A DNA stretch of 64,000 bases from Torpedo marmorata (Eukaryota). A program made the translations under genes and the position numbers. The notes beneath the pieces were generated by a model. That model saw only the letters and a list, made by a program, of their open reading frames with translations. It was not told the origin of the DNA and ran no database searches. Each line of letters begins with the position of its first letter. The first letter of the stretch is position 1. This document shows, in pieces, positions 1 through 12,196 of the stretch. Location: contig OZ360221.1 in the NCBI GenBank assembly GCA_977017645.1, positions 203,422,001 through 203,486,000 on the forward strand, written 5' to 3'.

Positions 1-453
1 CTGAACTCGAAATCCTTATGAACACCCAAGAAAGGGACGTCATCAGAGAGGAAAACAAGTATTTGTAAGCATAAACTGTCATTGTCTCTCTCCAACGTTC
101 ATTCAGAAGTACTTCTACCAGACACAGAGCTGAATTTGAAGCCTGAACTTAGAGAGTGAATTTTGTGGACTGTATTATCCTTTTTTTTTTGACTGACTTG
201 TTTTTTATGACTGACCTGGGGTTTTTGGGGAAAGTTTTTCCATTTTTACATAAGGGTTGGGCACAGACTGTAATGGTCTGGGCTTTACACACACACACAC
301 ACACACCTTTTTGATAAGAATAGTGTTTATAGACGTTTATAGTGGGGTTAATTGTTGTGAAATTATATGTTTAATTGTCTTTAATAAATAGTAATTTCAA
401 TTTTACACCTTTTGCATTGTGTCTTCTGTCGTTGCTGGTTTGAATTTGTAACA
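1..453 (+). repeat. 5' LTR (3' part) of Gmr1-like element
   Basis: Matches 5002-5453 with roughly 15 substitutions by eye; ends TGTAACA; AATAAA at ~383. Confidence 0.92.
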
Positions 454-456
454 AAT

Positions 457-474
457 TGGGGGCTCGTCCGGGAT
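457..474 (+). promoter_or_regulatory. Primer binding site, tRNA-Pro
   Basis: TGGGGGCTCGTCCGGGAT, 3 nt after the LTR end; the canonical 18-nt tRNA-Pro PBS (same as MLV). Confidence 0.92.
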
Positions 475-582
475 TTGAATCAAAACCATCTTGGTAATTG
501 AAGGAATCCCAGTTTGGTTTAAGGCATTCCTTTTGTAAAGCTAATTAAAAGCTAGTGTGTGTGTAACGAAAAACCAGCAACA

Positions 583-1704
583 ATGGATGTAGAACATTTT
601 TTGGAATCACCTGAACCTGATACTTTAAAAAAGGCGAAAAAGGAACAGTTAGTGGCTATAGCAACAGAGTTGGGCATTGCTTCTGTAAAACCATCTATGA
701 AAAAGGCTGAGATTGGGAGAAAAATTGTCAAATACTATATAAAAGAAAAAAGATTTTAGGAGAGCATGTTAGAGCAGTTTCCCAAGGGTAAACCTTCTGA
801 AAACATACAATTGGAAATAAAGAAATTGGAATTGAAACAAAAGAAATTGGAGGCAGACAGGGAACTAAAGAAATTGGAGGCAGACAGGGAACAAAAGAAA
901 TTTGACATGGAATTAGAACAAAAGAGATTAGACTTAGAGAATGATGAGAGAAATAGGAAATATGAGTTGGAAAAGATGAGGTTGGAAAATGAGAGGAGAC
1001 AAGAAGAGCGCCAAGATCAAATTCGTCAGCCTGCTGAGGGGTTTTTGGCTAGTAGAGAAGTTAGGTTGGTTCCTCCGTTTGAGGAGGCAGAAATAGATAA
1101 GTACTTCCAACATTTTGAGAAGGTGGCTGTGAAATTAAAATGGCCACAAGACCAATGGTCTCTTATGTTACAAAGTGTAATAAAAGGAAAAGCTCAGCAA
1201 GCTTATTCTACTCTCACCACAGAGCAAGCTGCTGAATATGAAACGGTGAAAAAGGCTATACTCCAGGCTTATGAGTTAGTTCCAGAGGCTTATAGACAGA
1301 AGTTTAGAAATTTAAAAAGATCAGCAACCCAATCTTATACAGAGTTTGCCTATGAAAAAGTTATGTGTTTTGACAGGTGGTGCACATCTAAGGCAGTAAA
1401 CAATGATTACAATCAATTGAGAGAATTGATAATAATCGAGGAGATAAAAAGGTGTGTTCCTGAGGATATTAAGGTATACTTAGATGAAAAGGAGGTGAAA
1501 ACTTGGCAAGATTCAGCTAAGTTAGCAGATGAATATGCTTTAACCCACAAGCCTAAGTGGACGTCAGGTAGAATTTTTCAAAAGGTCACGGTGGATAATC
1601 AGAAGCAAGTAGAAAGTAAATTTGGAAGTGGTGTTAAGGAAAGTGGAAAGGGGAAAACTATTCGGGTCCCATTTGCCACTACTGTAGGAAGGCTGGTCAT
1701 ATGA
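583..1704 (+). pseudogene. gag: Gag (coiled-coil + SCAN-like domain) of Gmr1-like element
   Basis: ORFs 559-759 and 766-1704 are in the same frame, split by TAG 757-759; motifs VPPFEEAEIDKYFQHFEKVA and YELVPEAYRQKFRNLK; frameshift before the CCHC knuckle. Confidence 0.85.
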
Positions 1705-3779
1705 TAGCAAGCTGTCCAGTGTTGAAAAAGAAGAGAGAAAAGGATGCAACACCTAATGCTTGTATTCAGAGTAAGAAGAGGCATAACACCCAGGAAGGAG
1801 ATAAATTTACTGACAAAGTTAAAGATGTATTTAAACCTTTTGTGACTGATGGTTTTGTTTCAGTTAAGGCAGGATCAAAACAAGTTCCAGTGAAAATCTT
1901 GCGAGATACTGGAGGTGCTCAGTCACTTGTGTTAGATAGTGTCTTGGAATTTTGTGAAGCTACTGACACGCGTGACATAAATTTAATTAAAGGAATTGGT
2001 GGTGATGTTGAGTCCATTCCTTTGCACAAAATAGTATTGGAATCAGACTTGGTGGAAGGACCAGTTATAATAGGAGTGAGATCAGAGTTGCCAGTAGAAG
2101 GAGTCTCACTGTTGTTAGGTAATGACTTGGCCAAGGGTAAAGTAGTTCCTGCAGTGCGAATGACCACTAAGCCAGTCATTGATAAGTCAGAGAAAGACTC
2201 TGATATTTATCCGGCATGTGCCATAACCAGGGCCATGTCTAAGAAAAATGTCACTGTAGAGAAGGCAGTGGAAAATAACTTGGTAAAAGAAAAAGACAAT
2301 GATAATCAAGAAAACCTGGAAAAGGTTGAGCTATCTCCTATGTTACACCCATCCACTGATAAGACACCTAAAGGCACAGATTTGTCACTATCCCGACAGG
2401 AGTTAATAGCAAGGCAAAAGGACGATCCTGATCTTGCTGAGGTGAGGGATAAGGTTCTCTCTGAAGAGGAGATTAAAAGGGGGCCAGTAGGTTATTATGA
2501 AAAAGATGGGGTGTTGATGAGAAAGTGGAGACCACGTGATGTTCCTGCCAATGAAGAATGGGCAGTAGTGCAGCAGGTTGTGATCCCTAAAGTATATAGG
2601 GATGCAATAATAACTTTGGCTCATAGTACACGCTTAGGTGGTCATCTTGGGGTGAAGAAAACTATAAGGAAGATAATGAAACAATTTTATTGGCCCAGTT
2701 TGAGAAGGGAGGTTGTAAGCTTTTGCCGGGCCTGTCACACTTGTCAGGTGGTGGGTAAACCTAATCAGGGTCCCCCGGTGGCACCCTTGCAACCTATCCC
2801 TGCTTTCAGTGAGCCTTTCTCGAGAGTAATTGTGGACTGTGTTGGCCCATTGCCCAAAACCAAAGCGGGGAATGAGTATTTGTTAACAATTATGTGTGCA
2901 GCCACCAGATTTCCAGAGGCCATTCCTTTGAGAAGCATAAAAGCAAAGTCCATTGTAAAGGCTATGGTAAAGTTTTTCACCTTGGTAGGTTTGCCAAGGG
3001 AAATTCAATCAGATCAGGGCAGTAATTTCATGTCAGGCGTTTTCCAACAAGTGGTTGATGGACTAGGAGTTAAACAGATTGTATCCTCTGCGTACCATCC
3101 AGAAAGTCAAGGGGCCTTGGAGAGGTTCCATTCGACTTTGAAAATCATGATTAGAACCTATTGTTGTGAGAAGGAAAAGGATTGGGATGAGGGGGTTCAT
3201 TTGTTGTTATTTGCAGCGAGGGAGTCTGTCCAAGACTCACTTGGTTTTAGTCCATTTGAGTTAGTTTTCGGGCATGAGGTGAGAGGTCCTTTAAGATTAT
3301 TAAAAGAACAGTGGATTAATCGTGATGTGCATTTAAATCTGTTAGATTATGTTTCCAAATTTAAGGATCGATTGCATAGGGCTAGTGAGATGGCAAAGGA
3401 GAATTTAAAGGCCACTCAACGGAGAATGAAGGTTTGGTATGATCAAAAGGCTAAGATGAGAACTTTTAAACCTGGTGAGAACGTATTAGTTCTGTTTCCC
3501 ATCCATTCAAATCATCTTAGGGCTAGATTTTCAGGACCCTATAGAGTTAAGTCAAAAATTAATGATGTCACCTATGTCATAGAAACACCTAATCGCAGAC
3601 GAGACACACAGGTCTGTCATGTGAATATGATTAAACCATATTTTGAACAGGTGCCACACAAAGGGACTGAAAATGTACCAGAGGTACTGGACTGGTTATT
3701 GACAGGGGTAAGGAGGAGACAGATAAAACCAGTTTCAGAGAGGGTCATGGGACTGTTAATTCTCGGAGTTATGTTGTAG
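1674..3779 (+). pseudogene. pol: Pol 5' part: zinc knuckle, aspartic protease, integrase (HHCC, DDE, GPY/F)
   Basis: CHYCRKAGHMIASC; ILRDTGGAQSL; HSTRLGGHLG...CRACHTC; VIVDCVGP...IQSDQGSNF...ESQGALE; RFSGPY. Confidence 0.9.
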
Positions 3780-4388
3780 GACAAGGGAAGTTGGTGCCAG
3801 TAGAGGCAAAGGTTGTGACTATTTCCGAGTTCCCTGATCCAATTGGTAAGAAAACTCTGAGGAGGTTCCTGGGAATGATTGGCTACTACCGTAAGTTCTG
3901 TAAAAACTTTGCTGATCTTGCGCTCCCTCTCACAAATTTGCTTAGAAAGAAACAAAAATTTGTATGGTCTACAGGTTGTCAGGAAGCATTTGTCAAATTG
4001 AAAGCCATGTTATGCCACCAACCTGTGCTTAAGTCACCTAATTTAGAACAGTCGTTTTCTTTAGCCGTGGATGCCAGCGATGAAGCTGTGGGTGCGGTGC
4101 TGTTACAGAAGAAGAACGAAGAGGACATTGACCATCCGGTATCCTACTTCTCAAAGAAGTTCAATGATCATCAAAGGAATTATTCAACTATAGAAAAAGA
4201 GTTGTTGGCTCTTGTGTTGGCTCTACAACACTTTGATGTGTATATAATCCATTGGTTTTTCTTTGTAAAATGAAAAATAAGAATCGACGGTTGTTGAATT
4301 GGAGTCTAATTTTGCAAGGATATAATTTGGTAATCACTCATATAAAAGGGAAAGATAATGTAATTGCTGATTGTCTTTCAGATGTTAA
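3765..4388 (+). pseudogene. pol: RT thumb/connection + RNase H remnant
   Basis: YVVGQGKLVP; LRRFLGMIGYYRKF; AVDASDEAVGAVLLQ; NYSTIEKELLA; terminal HIKGKDNVIADCLSRC in another frame; no YxDD palm. Confidence 0.88.
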
Positions 4389-4520
4389 ACTTTATTAATG
4401 AAAATAGTTCATATTTTGTATTTGTGGATGAACATTGTAGATTTTGTTTATATTGTGACACCTCAATTACTTTCCAAAATTTTGTTCTTGCAGACCAAAA
4501 TTTCCTTTGTGGGTGGGAGG

Positions 4521-5453
4521 TGTTATGGACCATGACTGACCATTTGGACTGCGGACGGTCAGCAGGAAGGATGAAGTCTTTTTGGAGTATACACTGGGGC
4601 CAGGTACTGAAAGAGTTAACTTCCCCAGGACTTGGTGTACCCAGACAGAGAGAGAGAGAGACAAGCTGTGGACAAAGATACATTGTTGCACTTTTGGTGT
4701 ACCCAGACAGAGAGAGACCAGAGAGAGAGACAGACAGACTGTGGACAAGATACATTTGTTACACTTTTGCAAAAAGCAGGTGTAGATCTCTGCAAGAAGC
4801 AGACAGTTGTAAGTTGCAAAGGCTAGAGAACACAGCCAAATCCAGGCGTGTGCATAGTCAGAGAAAAGACTGGCAGAATAGCACATGGCCTCCTGTCTCA
4901 GAGAAATTCTGAGGAAAAGCAAGTTCTGTGGGGAACAGGCGTGAGATCAGCGAGACTAGCTGTGAGATTCAAGCATACGCCTAAATCAGTGGTATATTGA
5001 TCTGAACTCGAAATCCTTATGAACACCCAAGAAGGGGACGTCATCAGAGAAGAAAACAAGTATTTGTAAGCATAAACAGTCATTGTCTCTCTCCAACGTT
5101 CATTCAGAAGTACGTCTACCAGACACAGAGCTAAATTTGAAGCCTGAACTTAGAGAGTGAATTTTGTAGACTGTATTATCCTTTTTTTTGACTGACTTGT
5201 TTTTTTTGACTGACCTGGGGTTTTTTGGGGAAAGTTTTTCCATTTTTACATAAGGGTTTGGCACAGACTGTAATGGTCTGGACTTTACACACACTCACAC
5301 ACACACCTTTTAGATAAGAATAGTGTTTATAGACGTTTATAGTGGGGTTAATTGTTGTGAAATTATATGTTTAATTGTCTTTAATAAATAGTAATTTCAA
5401 TTTTACCCCTTTTGCATTGCATCTTCTGTCGTTGCTGGTTTGAATTTGTAACA
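4521..5453 (+). repeat. 3' LTR of Gmr1-like element (933 bp)
   Basis: Follows purine tract GGGTGGGAGG (4511-4520); termini TGTTA...TAACA; internal ~62-bp direct duplication at ~4633-4768. Confidence 0.92.
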
Positions 5454-5644
5454 AGAGCTAATGAATTAGTTCTGTTCTGATTACTCCGACAGAGTGTGAG
5501 AGCGGTATAAATACATTAGAGTTACCAAACTCTCTTTCAGACCTTTCTCTCTTCTGTCAATGACCTAGCTTTGTTCCCTTCTATCCAGATGAATAGGTCT
5601 AGTTTTCCTTCTCTGCCAGTGTTATATTCCAAAAATATGGCATT

Positions 5645-5931
5645 TGTAGTTTGTTTATTTGTCCTTATACGTAGTACTATGAGAAGGGTTATTCTGCGAA
5701 CAGGTTAACGGATTATCTCTAACATTCATACAGCCAGAGTTACAATGAAAAGAATGATCAATTAGTATTAATCAAGGGCAGCATGGGGTTCAAACAGGAG
5801 CTTGATGGCTGCAGTGTAGAAACTGCCTTTATCCCTGTTGGTGTGTGCTTTCACACTCGAGCCTTCTCCCTGATGGGAGGAGCGAGAAGAGAGTCAGGGG
5901 TGTGATGGGTCCTTCAGTATGTTGGCTGCTT
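5645..5931 (-). mobile_element. Rex-Babar LINE 3' fragment
   Basis: Reverse strand resembles the Rex C-terminus (DPSHP...LLPSGR...FYTAAIKLLF) seen at 33245-33380. Confidence 0.55.
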
Positions 5932-6120
5932 AGGACCACCTACTGCATGATATGGCTGACACTAAGATAGTTTGTGACAAATACACAGTACTCTTGCTGA
6001 ATGGACTTGTATGAAAGGCAATTAAATATCCACCTAGAAAAGTGGAACATGGTCTTCATTGTAAATAAGGAACTAGACAGGAATGGACAAGCAAAGGATC
6101 ATCGTGTACTGGGTTCACAC

Positions 6121-6355
6121 AATTTAAAAATAATTTAGACATACAGCATGGTAACAGGCCATTTTGACCCATGAGTCCGTGCCGCCCAATTTACACCCAA
6201 TTAACCTACACCCCCGGTACGTTTTGGAGGGTGGGAAAACCCACGCAGACACGGGGAGAACGTACAAACTCCTTACAGACAGTGCGAGATTCAAACCCCG
6301 GTCCCGATCACTGGCGCTGTAAAGGCGTTGCGCTAACCACTACGCCAACCGTGCC
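6121..6355 (-). mobile_element. tRNA-derived SINE (V-SINE-like)
   Basis: Reverse strand starts GGCACGGTTGGCGTAGTGGTTAGC (box A), has GGTTTGAATC (box B-like), core GAGTTTGTACGTTCTCCCCGTG and an AT tail; homologous to 18744 and 21100 copies. Confidence 0.88.
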
Positions 6356-6589
6356 ACCTTGAGTGCAAACTAAGCACAGGGGTTCATCTCTGTAAGAATG
6401 ATATTTAAAAAGCAGAGAAAATTGGTGTGAATAAATAAATATCACACAGTTCACCCTACTTCCAAAAGTTGGTTCGATTAATTTCAATAGATTCCAATTT
6501 CAGAGGCAGTTTAACATGCACATGCCATTATATTTCACATTTAGCACATGCAACCAATTTTTGAGGTTGCTATTCCTCTGCTATCTTTG

Positions 6590-8230
6590 TTCTTTTAGGT
6601 AGTAGAAATTGGATGTTATAGGGAGATGGTGTTGAAGAAACATTGGTGAGGTCATGCAGTGCACATTGCAGCCATGGTGGATTGATGGTGCAGTGAGTGA
6701 GTATTTCGGAAGGGAGATCAGATGTCACCATTGAGGTTGCTTTGTCTTGGATGGTTGCAGACATTTGTTGAGTGTCGTTGGCATGGTACTCATCCAGTCA
6801 AGTGGAGGGTGTTTCATTACACCAATGACTTGTGCCCTGCAGATGGTGGAACGTTTTTGGGGTTTCAGGAAGTGAGCCAATTGTCACAGGATACACAATC
6901 TCTGACTGCTCTTATAGACACAGTAGTTACGTGGCCAGTTCAATAAAGATTCTGGTCAATGGTGACTCCCCAGGATGTTGATGGTAGGGTACTTACCATC
7001 TTAGGGTCCCACCGCCCGGTCATAATGCCGATGGCTCCGTACAGGCTTTAAACATCCTGTTAGAGGATCTGACGGTGTTTTTTTAAAATCCTGCAACCGC
7101 TGGTTCTGTGCCAAGATGGTGGCGCCTGTGCTGGGCAGTGAACCACGAAGGGTTGCAGACTCCGGGGAGCAGCAGACTGACACAGGGCACCAGAAACGGG
7201 GGAAACATCATCCATTGAGAAGGAGAGGCATAGGAGACGGCCCTACAGGACGGTGACCACAGTAGCGGACCAGCGAAGGTCTCAGTGGCTGAAGGACCCA
7301 CACAGGCTGCAGTCTGATAGCGACTTGCAGATGAAGGATCCACACAGGCTGGGGGTTGATGGAAACTGGCTCATGGGAACCAGGTAATGGAACCGGGATT
7401 CAAGAGGGTGCTGAGGGATAAAAGGGCTCCCGAAGGGCCTCGGGCTCTGAAGGCATCCTGATCACATTGAGGTTTGGATATGGAGCTCAGGTTGCCAATG
7501 GTTTGAACTGGAGTCTGTGCGGCTGCAGAGGCTGCAGGAGCACTGGAGGTGAATCCACTGAGACACTCAGTGTCTCTGAAGGGATTCTCTTTTGCTTTTC
7601 TTTCTCCTATTGTTAGGGGCACCGGGCAATGCTCATGATGACTCTTTGTTTGCCTTACAGCAGATTAAAGCTGAAATATATCATGTATAATACATTTTTA
7701 TGTGACAATAAAATCAACCTTTTTTTAAACGTAACCATGAATTTTGACCATGAACTATGAAATCCAATGCCTTTAAATGTGAAGAATAGGTGGTTAGAAT
7801 TTCTGCTGTTGGAGATGGTCATTGGCAGGCACATGTGGTGCTCATGTTACAGACATTATATTTGTGCCTTTGATCCTCTTCTTGCTACACGCAGTTGTGG
7901 GCTGCCCAATTATCTAAGGAGATACAATTGGAAAACTGATCTCCCAACTGGAGGAGAGTCATTGATGAAGTAGTTGATGATGCTGAGCCCAGAATACTGA
8001 TCTGAGGATCTCTTGTGGTGATGTTCTGGTGCTGAGATGATAGAATACCAACAGCCACAGCCATCTTTTTCTTAGTAAGCCCTGATTCGAGCTGATGAAA
8101 ACTTGAAGGCTGTTTGATGCTACACGCAGTTAAGTCTCAATTTTGGATTTCACCCTTTTCGTTCATAGTTGGATTAAAGCTCTGTTGGGCCAAATGGATC
8201 TGAAGGAACTCCAACTGAATATCAACTATT
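6590..8230 (-). mobile_element. Old degenerate CR1/L2-group LINE fragment, interrupted by the 7001-7720 element
   Basis: Reverse strand CCCTACCATCAACATCCTGGGGAGTCACCATTGACCAGAA resembles an RT C-terminal INILGVTIDQ motif; heavily decayed. Confidence 0.4.
7001..7720 (+). mobile_element. ~0.8-kb non-tRNA retroposon, copy 1 (5' truncated)
   Basis: Homologous to 24085-24838, 48770-49450, 57030-57865 and 63802-64000; ends GACAATAAA. Confidence 0.8.
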
Positions 8231-9744
8231 GGTCAGTAGGTCTTTCTGAAACTGAACCAAATTATTTCCAACCTTGCTGTCACAATTAACTCTGGGAAAA
8301 GCTTTGATCCACATAACTGAACCATCATTAAGGCTGCCTGTTTCCACACCCAGTGTCTACTTGTTTCAGATTCCAATAGACTCCTCTTGTCTCCTTTCTA
8401 ATTTCCATAAACTTGAGGTCATCCAAATCTCTGGTGCCTTTCTCACAACTCACGAGTTCAGTTCCTCCAGTCCTTTGTGTTTGATAAGCAAAGATGGTTC
8501 TCAGGAAAGCACTTTAAAATTCTCAGCCTTCTTTTCAGATCCCTCCATTCCTTTTCTGTCTCCATAATTCTCTGAATCATCTACTCTTCTCCAATTGTTC
8601 CATCTTCATCAATCCCAAATGTAACTGTCTCATCATTCTTGGCTAACATTTAAACATCTAAAGCTCTAAGCTTTGACATTTGCCTCTCGAGACCTCTCTT
8701 AGTCTCCACAAAGAAATCCCTTAAAACCTAACACTTAACCCAAACTTTTTCTCATGTATCTCCCTGGTGCATTTTTTTTGCTTTGCTAAGCCCCTGAAGG
8801 CCCTTGAGACATCTTGCTGATTTATTAGTGGGGTATGATGAACGCTTTTTTAAACTCTCCCTGACATGGATGCTAGCTACCATCATTTTGCCAATGATTG
8901 AGAGGAGAAATTGCCTTGTAATTAATTAGATTAGATTTGTCCTACTTCAAATTTATAGAGTAGATACTGGAACTGTAATTCGAAAGGAAAATCTTGACAA
9001 GTTAAAATTAGTTTTTGCCTTCAACTCTCCAGCACTACAAAAGGATTGTTCTCTGATATATAATTTTTGCCGAGTCAGTGGTTGCAGTTTTCTTGATATC
9101 GCAATGATCGAATTGAATTAATTGAATACTTGCATTTATGTTGGTGGGAACCTTGGGCAGATAATCATCCATTCAATCATTCTGGCTAAAAATTGGTGCA
9201 AACTCTTCAGCCTTGTGTTTTTTGCACTCATATTATGTTCCAACAACATTGAAGACAGAGATATCAATGGAAATTCCTTGTCCCATTAGCTGTTTAATTG
9301 TCAACCACCATTCCTAACAAAATATGGTAGGTCTAGAGAGCTTTGATCTGAATCACAGATTGTTTCCTCTGATCATATCTATTCTGCCTTTGCTTCTACA
9401 AAAATAGATAACTGTCCTTCCTTAATTATATCCTGAGGGAAAAGGATTTCTTACATCAAAATAATCTGCATGGCCATTTCTCTGAAACCCTCATTACATT
9501 TTCTTAATGATAATACTAAATTGATGATTCTTGACCATTGATTTATCAACTAAACAAACTGAACTTGCACAACTACATCCATCAAAAGTTTTCACATACA
9601 TGGAAAGGTATTATGGCCAAGAATTAGAATTGATCAGCAGATTTTCTTCATCTGAATCTTTAAGTTGAAACCTTTCCTCCTTAACTTCAACCATACAGTT
9701 GTATTATCCGCAAACCTCTGTCAGGCACTCTAATGTTTAGGTCC

Positions 9745-11071
9745 AAGTCATTACTGGGAAATCTCCAGTCATTAGAAAATAAAATTGATGACTTCAGGGC
9801 AAGGCTGCTTTATCAGAGACAGGTGAGACAAATCTCAGTTGTTTGCTGCACCGAGACATGGCTAACAGAGAACACACCAGATGCCGTGATCCAACTAGAG
9901 GGCTTCACCATTCATAGACTGGATCGGAACTCGGATTCTGGCAAAGAGAGAGGGGCGATGTATGCTTTTTAGTTTATACTGGCTGGTGCACGGACATTTG
10001 GGGTCATGTCGAACTCCTGCTCTACTGCATTAGAGCAAATCTCAATTAAATGCAGACACTTCTATCAACCCTGAGAGTTCTCATCAGTGATTCTCACCGG
10101 AATTTATATCCTTTCCGATGGCGATTACAAACAGACACTTGTACAGCTGCATGATGTGGTCAGTAAACAAGAGATGGTCCACTCCAATGCACTACAAATC
10201 ATAGATGGTGACTTTAACCTGGCCTGTCTCAAGAAAACCAGCAGGTAACCTGCTATATCAGAGGTCCCAGCACACTTGATCACTGCTACACCAGGATAGG
10301 GAAGGCCTACCGTTCCTTCCCGAGACTGCATTTTGGCAAGTCAGATCACCTGGCAGTGCTCCTTCTGCCTGTATACAGACAGAGCCTAAAAGGAGAGGCT
10401 ACAGAGATCAGGACAGCCAGAAGGTGGTCGCGGGAGACTGAAGAATGACTACTGGGTTGCCTCAAGTCAGTGGATAGGGCGATGTTGAAGAACTCAGCTG
10501 AGGATCCGAATGATTACACCAGGGCCAGTACGGACTTTATCAAAAAAGCTGTGGACGAGTGTGTCCCCATCAAATCGTTGAGGGTATTCCCCAACCAGAA
10601 GCCCTGGATGAACAATGAAATCCGGAACCCACTGAGAGCCAGATCATAGGCATTTAAGTCCGGAGATCCAGACACTACACAAGGAGCAGGTATGACCTAC
10701 GAAAAGCCAACTCCCAGGTGAAATGGAGATTCTGGATGAAAATGGCAACCAACAATGAAGGATACCCAACAGCTGTGGCAGGGCCCAAATGACATAACCA
10801 GCTGCAAAACCAAATCTGCTGCAGTAGGAGACAGCAAAGCTTCACTCCCAGATGAACTCAATGTTTTCGACGCCCGATTTGACCACCAGAACAAGGAAGA
10901 ACCACTGCACATCCCCATGTCCCCTGATGATCCTCTACTGTCAGTATCTGAGGATAATGTGCAGGCTGACTTCAGGAGAGTGAATCCAAGGAAAGCATCC
11001 GGTCTGGATGGAGTACCCGGCCGAGTACTGAAAACCCGTGCTGACCAACTTGCCAGTGTATTCATGGATAT
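9745..11071 (+). mobile_element. Rex-Babar LINE, 5' part (APE endonuclease), degenerate
   Basis: LLGNLQSLENKID, CCTETWL, GDFN, SLPDELNVF, VNPRKASGLDGVPGRVLK; continues at 17101 after the BEL insertion. Confidence 0.88.
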
Positions 11072-11742
11072 TGTAAGAGCCGTAGGCTCAATAACTTACC
11101 TTGGTCGCGGTGCTCCGATGCCTCGACGGGTTATGGAGAAGTCGCGACGTTCGTAGGCCGTCCTCGGCCTGTTTGTGCTCTGCGCATGCGCTGGAGTGCC
11201 GACGGGCGCATGCGCAGTCTGAAATTGACGTCGTTGTGCGCGGTGTAGTATGGGAGATGTAGTATGCGCGGTGGAGCGTGCGCAGTGGAATAGGAGCATG
11301 GAGCATGCGCGAATCGGAAGGAATAGGAAAAAGATGGTGACGTAGGAGGGTGAGTGAGATCGCCATATCTTTTATTGACCGTTTCATACATCGTTTCATA
11401 CATCGTTTCATACATCGTTTCATACATCGTTTCATACATCGTTTCATCGAACGTTTTATACATCGTTTCATAGAACGTTTCATTGAACATTAAACTAGTT
11501 ACTTTGTGGTTTAAAATTGTTTATTTGAACATCTAAATACAGTCTAAGGAATCACTTAAAGGAACTCATACATCGTTTTCAAGAACTGTTTGTATTGAAG
11601 TCATTGAAGATTACTGCAAGTCACGTGTGTAAATAAAGTTTTTGATCATATTGGACTTTGTTGGTAAATTAATTGAAGCGTCAAAGACAAGTATCTCACT
11701 TAGCCTCCAGGTGACTATTGTTGGATAGAAGTCACCATAATA
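11072..11742 (+). repeat. 5' LTR of BEL copy A
   Basis: Starts TGTAAGAGCC, ends CACCATAATA; CpG-rich U3; 12-bp tandem TACATCGTTTCA at ~11380-11485. Confidence 0.92.
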
Positions 11743-12196
11743 TAGTCAATAAAAGTGGATGTTTGGAACAGAAAATTGAAGGAAATAAGATAGAATAATC
11801 TCTCTGTGCTTTGGACTGATATTTAAAATAAAATGGTGGCCATCTTGAAGATGCCTCGAGTTGGGGGCAGTTTGTAATCCACATCCATCTGCCATGAGTA
11901 ACAGCCAGAGAGGGATTTAAAGCTTCAAATCTTATAGTAAAGTGTACTATAAATACGTTGGAGAAACCATTTTTGGAAAATCAGTGATATTATTGACGGA
12001 TGTTGAGGTTGAAACTCGTTTGTGGATAGCAGCACATTACAGTCATTTGAAGTGGTAGGCATAAGTCTGTGGACTCCTTCTGTGTATCTTTGGCAAGTAA
12101 GAACTCAGATTGGAATTGCTGCTGCTGGTCCATTGGGGACTGTTGATTTGGCTAGTGTTGTGTATGCTTGAAGGACAGAGGAACAAGATGAGTAAA

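Larger units (their letters stand above)
1..5453 (+). mobile_element. Gmr1-like Ty3/Gypsy LTR retrotransposon (5' LTR truncated by window edge), defective
   Basis: LTR sequence 1-453 repeats at 5002-5453; PBS and PPT present; gag with SCAN-like motif, then CCHC knuckle, protease, integrase, RT remnant and RNase H in that order. Confidence 0.93.

Noticed and set aside
4364-4922. Overlapping 125-182 aa ORFs after pol
   Set aside because: They run through the PPT and the 3' LTR repeats; no env-like features
11378-11485. Short repeat arrays (this one, 40572-40750, 55535-55945) as CRISPR arrays
   Set aside because: Head-to-tail tandem units with no unique spacers, no cas genes, eukaryotic context
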